From Dehalococcoidia bacterium (GTDB lineage: Bacteria > Chloroflexota > Dehalococcoidia > GIF9 > AB-539-J10), in the NCBI GenBank assembly GCA_021157895.1, contig JAGGVQ010000006.1, forward strand, positions 80,208-144,207: 64,000 bases of DNA, given 5' to 3'. The translations under genes were made by a program, and so were the position numbers. The notes beneath the pieces were generated by a model. It did not search any database. It saw only the letters and a list, made by a program, of their open reading frames with translations, and was not told where the DNA came from. Shown piece by piece: positions 9,701-16,357 of the stretch (position 1 is the stretch's first letter; each line of letters begins with the position of its first letter).

Positions 9701-10666
9701 TCACTTTTTGTCTATCCTGTCCCACATGTCACAGCGAGCTCCCCATCTCGCTAGGACTTTACCATCCATGGCAATTTGCGATATTTCACACAGGTTAGGA
9801 CAGGCTTTACAGGTGAAGGATGATATTTTGTATTCCGTATTGCTGATGCCGAAACCAGCAAAGCTACTTTTTCTGTGATCATCGCGCATTTCCTCGTGTA
9901 CTAACATGGCTGCCCCGATAGCACCCATCAACTCGTTATGAGGAGGCACAAATACCTCTGTATGGAAGGTTTCATTAAATGCCCTGATTATTCCTTGATT
10001 GAAGGCTACACCACCTTGGAATACCATCTTTGGCAGTATCGCTTTCCCTAGAGCGACATTGTTAAGATAGTTGCGCACTAGTGATTGACTTAATCCATAG
10101 ACGATATCATCGATAGGGTAACCCATCTGCTGTTTGTGTATCATGTCAGATTCAGCAAACACGGTGCAGCGTCCAGCAATTCGTGCTGGATTCTGGCTTC
10201 TCATGGCATGGCTGCCAAAGTCCTCAATCCTTATGTTGAGTCGCTCTGCCTGATGATCGAGGAAACTACCAGTTCCTGCTGCACATACCGAGTTCATGCC
10301 GAAGTCAACGACTATGCCATCACGAACAATTATTATCTTACTATCCTGCCCTCCGATTTCGAAAATAGTTTGAACATCAGGAACGTAATGCATTGCTGCC
10401 ACAGCGTGGGCTGTTATTTCATTCTTCACCAGATCTGCTCCGAGCATGACACCAGCGAGTTGTCTGCCACTGCCAGTGGTAGCAACTCCTGCGATCTGTG
10501 CCTCTTGGGGCATCTGGTTTCGTATTTTTTGCAATCCTTTTTTTATCATGTCCACGGGGTTACCTTGAGTCCTGGAGTAGATCGATGCCACCAAGTCGTA
10601 GTTTTCATTAATCAAAACTAGCTTAGTAGTAACTGATCCAACATCGACACCAAGGTAAGTTTTCAT
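9701..10666 (-). CDS. BcrAD/BadFG-family ATPase (2-hydroxyacyl-CoA dehydratase-type activase) with a Cys-rich C-terminal extension
   Basis: ASKHA fold start GVDVGSVTTKLVL. The cluster-ligand contexts CAAGTGSF and GRCTVFAESD are present, and the C-terminal tail is FTCKACPNLCEI...GARC. AGGAG lies 8 nt upstream of the ATG. Confidence 0.8.
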   Translation of the reverse strand: MKTYLGVDVGSVTTKLVLINENYDLVASIYSRTQGNPVDMIKKGLQKIRNQMPQEAQIAGVATTGSGRQLAGVMLGADLVKNEITAHAVAAMHYVPDVQTIFEIGGQDSKIIIVRDGIVVDFGMNSVCAAGTGSFLDHQAERLNIRIEDFGSHAMRSQNPARIAGRCTVFAESDMIHKQQMGYPIDDIVYGLSQSLVRNYLNNVALGKAILPKMVFQGGVAFNQGIIRAFNETFHTEVFVPPHNELMGAIGAAMLVHEEMRDDHRKSSFAGFGISNTEYKISSFTCKACPNLCEISQIAMDGKVLARWGARCDMWDRIDKK

Positions 10667-10677
10667 CGTGTATTCTC

Positions 10678-10887
10678 CTATTCCATCCTCTCCATGGATG
10701 TCCCTCCGAAGCTCTTAATCCTGCCCTTATTAGCATTTTTAATGCTTTCTTGTAGTTCCAACGACTTCCTTGCTTGTCGAGCCCAGAAAGGATGAAACAT
10801 TATCGCACTGATAGCCATAAATATGAAGAATATCAGCAGGAGCCTGCTATTGATAAGCTTACCTAGTGTTGTATATTCTTCTCCCAT
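10678..10887 (-). CDS. small single-pass membrane protein (69 aa)
   Basis: Strong SD (AGGAGaaaaaATG) and one hydrophobic helix (LLLIFFIFMAISAIMF). Its stop codon overlaps the SD of the activase gene. It overlaps the 3' end of the upstream gene by 29 nt in another frame. Confidence 0.4.
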   Translation of the reverse strand: MGEEYTTLGKLINSRLLLIFFIFMAISAIMFHPFWARQARKSLELQESIKNANKGRIKSFGGTSMERME

Positions 10888-11965
10888 TTTTTCTCCTGCG
10901 AAATTCCAGCAAATCTACAAAAGCTTCCAGTCTGGTTAATAATCCTTGTTTCCCCTGTTGCTCATCGCAGGTGACTGCGAGCACGGGTATATCCTCACGT
11001 GTAGAGGGCATAACATTTTGTGCTACTATTTCAGGCATACAGGTAAAGGGGGCCAGGTGAACTATTCCATCAAAACCTTTGTGAGCAAAGAGGATTTTTT
11101 CACCTACGGATTCCCAGCCATCGCCACCAACATCATGATCGATGTAGGGTTTGGCTAGATGGTGGACTTTCCTCCATTCATCCGCCCCGAGATAATTCAA
11201 GAATAAACTATATTTGACCCAGCGGGAAAGAGTCATCGTTCGTTCTACCTCGACCCCCAGTTTACCTAGTTCCTCCTCGATATCCATATTAGCGAAGGGT
11301 TCAATAACTACATAAATTTCGCCTACGACCCCCACCTTTAGGGGGTGATCTTTATTGTTTTTTTCGATGTGGTTGAGTTTCTCAATGTATTCTTTGGTTA
11401 TGTCTTTTATCCCTTTACGCTTTGTTGCCTCATCAATGTTTCGAATGGCTTCGTGGTAAATTTTGTTAGCTGTGCCTTTTTCTACCTCGATAGCTCGGAT
11501 TTCTTGAACTACTTTCTCTATCTTGTCTAGGGCAAATAGTTTGCTTATTCCAAAGAAAAATGCGGATGAAATTTCATACCACGAGGCATCATTGGCCAAA
11601 TTTTTTATTAGTCGCAGGATACTGATTAGCTTATTGTGCGATACATCTATGGTGAGAAATTTAGCACTATATCCCAGATCTCTCAATATCTGTTCTTGGT
11701 TTTTAGCATAATAGCCCAGTCGACAAATACCACTTCCCCTGGCCTGAGCTAATGTATTTGCTCCAAGCTCACATGTTTCAATTAGGCTTCCCAGAGTAAG
11801 TTTGTATGGCAAACAGGCCTCATAGGGAGAGTATTTTACCCCCAGGTTCAGAGTTTTTTGTGTCATGGGTGGAGGTATTATCAAGGCGTCCGTGATGCCT
11901 AGCTGCTGAGCTATTGCTTTCATGGGGACATAAACGTTGCCGAAATGAGGTATACCTAATTTCAT
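10859..11965 (-). CDS. DUF2229/HGD-D-like subunit B (acyl-CoA dehydratase activase-related protein)
   Basis: Paralog of 11990-12994. It shares the conserved Cys contexts (EACLPYK, APFTCMPE) and the C-terminal LTRLEAFVDLL. Confidence 0.7.
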   Translation of the reverse strand: MKLGIPHFGNVYVPMKAIAQQLGITDALIIPPPMTQKTLNLGVKYSPYEACLPYKLTLGSLIETCELGANTLAQARGSGICRLGYYAKNQEQILRDLGYSAKFLTIDVSHNKLISILRLIKNLANDASWYEISSAFFFGISKLFALDKIEKVVQEIRAIEVEKGTANKIYHEAIRNIDEATKRKGIKDITKEYIEKLNHIEKNNKDHPLKVGVVGEIYVVIEPFANMDIEEELGKLGVEVERTMTLSRWVKYSLFLNYLGADEWRKVHHLAKPYIDHDVGGDGWESVGEKILFAHKGFDGIVHLAPFTCMPEIVAQNVMPSTREDIPVLAVTCDEQQGKQGLLTRLEAFVDLLEFRRRKNGRRIYNTR

Positions 11966-11989
11966 ACTATTTATTTTCTCTTTTTGCGT

Positions 11990-12994
11990 CTAGCAATAAG
12001 CAGGGGAGGGGGTTGGGAGTTTTGTCCCTTTTCTCTTAATCATATCAAGAAAGGCTTCTAGGCGAGTTAGCATAGCGCCTCCACTACTGTGTTCATCTAG
12101 GCTGAGTGGCAGGAAAGGGGTCTTGGTATCCTTGGCACGATGCTCTACCCATACCATCATCATTGAATCAGGGCCGCAGCCGAAGGCGGAAAGGCTAATG
12201 ATTCCATCGACTTTCATTTCTGTGTAGTATTGTCCTGCACCGATAATATCTGGTTCAAAAGCCCAATGGGTTTCACCAACTGCTTTTGTTGCCGCGGCAT
12301 CTATAGCTGTCTGTGATGCCATTTCCGATGTAAGTATGTTGGCCCCCATATTTTGCAAATGATATATGATGCGGTGATTCAGATATTCATCATTAGTGAT
12401 ATAGGGATGTCCCAGCAGGGCGATGGTTAGGTTCCCTTGGGGGTTTTTCTGGGGACTTGCACTATGAGGGTTTCCATACAGGTCAGAGAGGGCCTGATTA
12501 GGTGTAATTTTCTCATCGGACATTTTTTTTCTGTAAGCTAGCTGCTTCTGCCATGCAATATCTATTGCTTTTTTCATCTTGACTGGGTTGGATGTGAAAT
12601 GGCTGGCCAATTTGTATATCTGGTGGTAAAAATACCAGCGCCCCTTTTCCAGGTCTATATTGGGGTCGAGAATGATAGGGCCCTCTGGGAGCACTGCTCT
12701 GGTTATATTGGGTAGCCCGATAATTTTGGAGCAGTTGTAGGTCTTCTTTCCGAAGCTGGTCATGCTGGGAATGAAAATGTAGTCACACTTGCTGATTAAG
12801 GATATTGTATGTCCCAGGAAGACTTTTACAGGTAAGCAGGTATCGGCAACTGCTCGGGATATTCCTGCGGTTAGTATAGTTCTGTTCGTTGGGGGTGATG
12901 TTACTACCTCTGCACCAAGGTGTTCGAAAAACGACCTCCACCCAGGATAATATTGATAATAGAGCAGAGCTCTAGGAATACCTACTTTATTCAT
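11990..12994 (-). CDS. DUF2229/HGD-D-like subunit A (acyl-CoA dehydratase activase-related protein)
   Basis: N-terminus KVGIPRALLYYQYYPGWRSFF, with DTCLPVK, SAFGCGPDS and the C-terminal LTRLEAFLDMI. Confidence 0.7.
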   Translation of the reverse strand: MNKVGIPRALLYYQYYPGWRSFFEHLGAEVVTSPPTNRTILTAGISRAVADTCLPVKVFLGHTISLISKCDYIFIPSMTSFGKKTYNCSKIIGLPNITRAVLPEGPIILDPNIDLEKGRWYFYHQIYKLASHFTSNPVKMKKAIDIAWQKQLAYRKKMSDEKITPNQALSDLYGNPHSASPQKNPQGNLTIALLGHPYITNDEYLNHRIIYHLQNMGANILTSEMASQTAIDAAATKAVGETHWAFEPDIIGAGQYYTEMKVDGIISLSAFGCGPDSMMMVWVEHRAKDTKTPFLPLSLDEHSSGGAMLTRLEAFLDMIKRKGTKLPTPSPAYC

Positions 12995-13044
12995 ACACCT
13001 GATAGATTAAATTCGGGGGTGTTTGAAGCAACTTCCGAAGGAGA

Positions 13045-13073
13045 ATTATACTCTATGTCGGAGTAAATTCCAA
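13045..13073 (-). promoter_or_regulatory. candidate sigma-70 promoter of the activase operon (TTGGAA-N17-TATAAT on the minus strand)
   Basis: Hexamers read directly: -35 at 13073-13068 and -10 at 13050-13045. It lies about 50 nt upstream of the ATG at 12994. Confidence 0.4.
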
Positions 13074-13310
13074 TTATAACTGGTGTTGCTCTTACATGTA
13101 GTCGTTATCTCAAAACTTTTTGCTGCACCATAGAAATCGAGATTGAAGAAGAGTTTTTTTTGATATCAGTGAATGATTCGAACTGGTGTAGTTAGTGATA
13201 GCAGCGGCGTGCTTGACTTCGAGGAAATAATTCGGCAATATATTCTGTCAGATTTGTCCATAAAACTATTGTGTCGGCCCGATTGCCCCAGCATGGAGGA
13301 GATGAATTGA
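13067..13310 (+). pseudogene. decayed, truncated DUF177 (YceD-like) gene remnant upstream of rpmF
   Basis: Two frames carry DUF177-like pieces. 13067-13195 reads ...LTCSRYLKTFCCTIEIEIEEEFF... and 13173-13310 reads ...VLDFEEIIRQYILSDLSIKLLCRPDCPSMEEMN*. There is no start codon for the first piece. The frame break lies just after a T8 run. Only about 315 nt are available where roughly 500 nt would be expected. Confidence 0.5.
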
Positions 13311-13311
13311 G

Positions 13312-13506
13312 ATGGCTCTACCCAAGAGAAAATATGCTAAATCAAGCCAGGGGAAAAGGCGCAGTCACATCAAGCTGCAGTTGCCTTCCCTGGATATTTG
13401 TCCCCAATGCCATAGTGCCAAACTGACTCATCATGCCTGTCCTGTCTGTGGCAACTATAATGGGAGGCTGGCTATCGAGATAAAAACCCCTAAAAATAGA
13501 GGGTAG
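13312..13506 (+). CDS. rpmF: 50S ribosomal protein L32
   Basis: MALPKRKYAKSSQGKRRSH... with the zinc ribbon CPQC...CPVCG. Confidence 0.9.
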   Translation: MALPKRKYAKSSQGKRRSHIKLQLPSLDICPQCHSAKLTHHACPVCGNYNGRLAIEIKTPKNRG

Positions 13507-13573
13507 CTTGTTTCCCCCAATTTCTGCTAGCGGTGCTCCTTTTTTTACTCTCATTTATTTAATAGTTGAGTCC

Positions 13574-13602
13574 TTGTCCTGACTATTTTAATCAGATATA
13601 AT
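13574..13602 (+). promoter_or_regulatory. candidate sigma-70 promoter for fabD-nusB-acpP (TTGTCC-N17-TATAAT)
   Basis: Hexamers at 13574-13579 and 13597-13602. GGAAGGAG followed by the ATG at 13640 lies downstream. Confidence 0.4.
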
Positions 13603-13639
13603 GCTCGACAATAAATATATAGGAAGGAGTGTGATACTT

Positions 13640-14578
13640 ATGGCTAAGGGTAACAAGGTAGCTTACATTTTCCCACCTCAGGGTCCTCAATATGTCGGCA
13701 TGGGTAAGGATTTAGCTGAGAAGTATTCAGCAGCTAAAGAGGTTTTCGACCAAGCTGATTCCCTCATGGGATACTCCCTTTCCAAAGTGATGTGGGAGGG
13801 TCCTTATGAGGATTTAACCCGGACTGACAATGTTCAACCAGCATTGCTGGTACATAGCATAGCTGCTATGAGAGCGGTGCAACAGGCAAGCGACAATTCT
13901 TTCCCCCAAGCTGACTTCACGGCAGGATATAGCTTGGGTGAATATATCTCTTTTGTAGCTGCTGGTGTTCTTACTTTTCCTGATTGTGTCAAGGTGCTCC
14001 AGCTAAGAGGTAGTTCCATGAATAAAGCTGCCCAAGCCTTTCCTGGAGGAATGACGGTGATAATAGGACTTGACCTCAAAGAGGTTGAAGACATTGCCCT
14101 GTGGAGTGGGACCGAGGTCTCCAATCTCAATTGTCCTGGACAGATAGTAGTTAGTGGGGCTAAATTCGCTGTGGAGAAAGCTGAGAGATTGGCTACAGAG
14201 AGAGGGGCTACAAAGACTGTACGCTTTAAGGTAAGTGGCGCTTTTCATTCATCGCTGATGATGCCGATCATTGGCGAGTATCTTGATGGAGCTCTGAAGT
14301 ATGATTTCAAGGCTCCCCAGTTTCCGGTGATTTCCAACTATTCTGCCAAGCCATTGACTACTGTTGATGCTATCAAGAGGGAGCTTGCTTTGCAGTTACG
14401 CAATGCTGTGAACTGGGAGGCATCCATTAATTATATGATCGATCAGGGAGTAACAACTTTTTACGAGATTGGTGCAGGGAAGCAGTGCTCGGGGTATATC
14501 AACAAGATTAACCCTGATGTTACAACGATTAACATTGGCACTGTGGAAGATATAGAAAACTTTCTCGCTTCTCATTAA
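13640..14578 (+). CDS. fabD: malonyl CoA-acyl carrier protein transacylase
   Basis: AYIFPPQGPQYVGMG, nucleophile elbow GYSLGEY, and VSGAFHSSLM. I chose the start at 13640 because of the GGAAGGAG SD. The ORF-track ATG at 13601 sits inside the -10 box. Confidence 0.85.
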   Translation: MAKGNKVAYIFPPQGPQYVGMGKDLAEKYSAAKEVFDQADSLMGYSLSKVMWEGPYEDLTRTDNVQPALLVHSIAAMRAVQQASDNSFPQADFTAGYSLGEYISFVAAGVLTFPDCVKVLQLRGSSMNKAAQAFPGGMTVIIGLDLKEVEDIALWSGTEVSNLNCPGQIVVSGAKFAVEKAERLATERGATKTVRFKVSGAFHSSLMMPIIGEYLDGALKYDFKAPQFPVISNYSAKPLTTVDAIKRELALQLRNAVNWEASINYMIDQGVTTFYEIGAGKQCSGYINKINPDVTTINIGTVEDIENFLASH

Positions 14579-14581
14579 CTT

Positions 14582-15019
14582 GTGTTAGGTTCGAGGCGGC
14601 AGGCGAGGATTATTGCTATCAAGGCATTGTATGAGTTGAGCTATACTGAGCATACAGTGGAATGGGTGATGCAGCGTGTGGTAGCAGAAGCAGGTTTGTC
14701 GCCCGAAGTGTCTGGTTTTGCGAAGGGGCTTATACAGGGAGTGTTGTGGCATACCCCACAGATTGATGCGGTGGTGAGGCGATTTGCTCCTGCCTTTCCT
14801 GTAGAACAGATGGCTGTCATAGATAACAGTATCCTGCGTCTGGGGATATTTGAAATCCTGTTTAGTGATAGTACACCGGACAAGGTGGCTATAGATGAAG
14901 CTGTTGAGATGGCCAAGCTGTTTGGCAGTGATGCTTCACCACGGTTGATTAATGGTGTGCTGGGAGCAGTGATGAGCGCGTCGGGAAGAAATAATGTTAA
15001 GGGGACAAAGGAGGAGTAA
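14582..15019 (+). CDS. nusB: transcription antitermination factor NusB
   Basis: [14 protein letters not shown]... and the typical C-terminal ...[26 protein letters not shown] start. Confidence 0.85.
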   Translation: MLGSRRQARIIAIKALYELSYTEHTVEWVMQRVVAEAGLSPEVSGFAKGLIQGVLWHTPQIDAVVRRFAPAFPVEQMAVIDNSILRLGIFEILFSDSTPDKVAIDEAVEMAKLFGSDASPRLINGVLGAVMSASGRNNVKGTKEE

Positions 15020-15276
15020 TGGCATCTATTCTGGAACGTTTGAAGAAAGTTGTGGCGGAACAACTGGATGTTGAAGAGAAGGATGTGACACCGCAAACAT
15101 CTTTTGCTGATGACCTTGGTGCGGATTCCTTGGATTTGGTAGAGCTAATTACAGCTGTGGAAGAGGAATTCAGCTCCCCTGATAAAAAGCTTGAGATAGC
15201 TGATGATGATGCTGAGAAGCTACAGAGTGTTCAGGATGCTATTGATTACCTCCGCGATCAGGGGATAGCGGACTAG
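15019..15276 (+). CDS. acpP: acyl carrier protein
   Basis: Phosphopantetheine attachment motif [13 protein letters not shown]. Confidence 0.9.
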   Translation: MASILERLKKVVAEQLDVEEKDVTPQTSFADDLGADSLDLVELITAVEEEFSSPDKKLEIADDDAEKLQSVQDAIDYLRDQGIAD

Positions 15277-15325
15277 CTGACTGAGTAATTTAGTTTAGAT
15301 GTACATCGGTTACTTGGCTGATAGT

Positions 15326-15757
15326 TTATTGTTTTACTGCCTTGGGTGCTTTGATTAGGAGCACTGGAGTGATACCGACCTGTAAAATTTTGTGGGGAAC
15401 ACTCTCAAAAATCCACTCTCTGAAGCTTGAATGTCTGCTACTGGATAGCGCTATCAAAGATATGTCTTTTTTATCGGCAAACTTGGCAATTTCCTGAGCG
15501 GCGTTGCCAAATTTGATTTCGTGTCTGACAGTGACTCCCATGTCCTTGAGTTTTTCGCTTATCTCTGTTAGATATTCTTCTGCTTTTTGCTTATCTCTGG
15601 CAAGCCTTCGTTCGGGAATGCGGATGTAGTCCAAGCCTCCTATGGTATGGGCATGAATATGCTCTCTGGGAGCTATTACGTGAAAAGAGGATGATCATGG
15701 AAAAACTGTCAAGCTTGATTTTGACATGTCCAAATGGGTCAGAATCTTTTCGCACAT
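15326..15757 (-). pseudogene. universal stress protein (UspA family) gene interrupted by an in-frame TGA
   Basis: AGGAGG lies 5 nt upstream of the ATG at 15757, giving MCEKILTHLDMSKSSLTVFP. TGA at 15697-15695 follows, then the same frame continues through the Usp C-terminal half to 15326. The DGS motif reads DMS and the G-x2-G-x9-G(S/T) ATP motif reads SSSRHSSFREWIFESV. Confidence 0.6.
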
Positions 15758-16174
15758 GCAATCCTCCTGCTATGCATACCTGGTTACTAGGTATGGGAAT
15801 GGCATTATCTCTGATGTCTGTATCCAAAGCTGATGTCTAAAGTGGAATGGCACCGGGGATAGCTATTTCCCCGCGTAGGATTTGTTGTGACCAACCTCTC
15901 TGCTAGACATGAATTGGTAGGGGCACTTCTGTGATAGACGTGGGGTGCTCGGCAGATTATCTTCCAGCTAACTGAGGCGGCAATGCCCAGAGCCCTGTTT
16001 ATTGCCATTCTGGGGGGATAACTAGGTTATGGTTGCCGCCCGTCTAAGCACATTCGAGGGCACACAACTGATTAGGTGAAAAAGATAGGGTAAGTATTGC
16101 CCCCTTAATAGGATGGAGAGCTTGGCCAGCATTGATATATGAAGCTTCCGGGATCTGCAGGACGCAGAAAACTA

Positions 16175-16203
16175 TTGACAATCAAATGGCATGAACATAC
16201 TAT
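16175..16203 (+). promoter_or_regulatory. candidate sigma-70 promoter of the P-type ATPase (TTGACA-N17-TACTAT)
   Basis: Hexamers at 16175-16180 and 16198-16203. This would give a leader of about 150 nt. Confidence 0.35.
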
Positions 16204-16357
16204 TAGCGATTGAGGCGATGATAGAAGAGAGATGATGGACAAAATAAGTCATTGTTAATTAAAGTAGGGAATGGTGGATTATTGAGTTAACGCTTTGCCA
16301 TTATTATTTTCGCGTGAGGTTTATTGTCATCGTAGAGCGAGATAGGAGATAGGTGCA

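Noticed and set aside
13601-13639. Longer FabD start at 13601
   Set aside because: This ATG lies inside the predicted -10 hexamer and has no SD. The ATG at 13640 follows GGAAGGAG and gives the usual FabD N-terminus.
15695-15697. In-frame TGA of the Usp gene as selenocysteine or programmed readthrough
   Set aside because: There is no obvious SECIS-like hairpin immediately downstream. The stop coincides with an apparent deletion and with degraded functional motifs, so decay is the simpler explanation.
15591-16008. ORFs 15591-15827 and 15805-16008 (minus strand)
   Set aside because: They are out of frame with the Usp homology, have low-complexity Arg/Ser/His-rich translations and no SD. The first merely overlaps the interrupted Usp gene.
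16060-16140. M-box (Mg2+ riboswitch)-like string GATTAGGTGA upstream of the P-type ATPase
   Set aside because: Only this short string resembles the M-box core. I could not find the remaining conserved helices or motifs, and the element lies upstream of the best promoter candidate (16175-16203).
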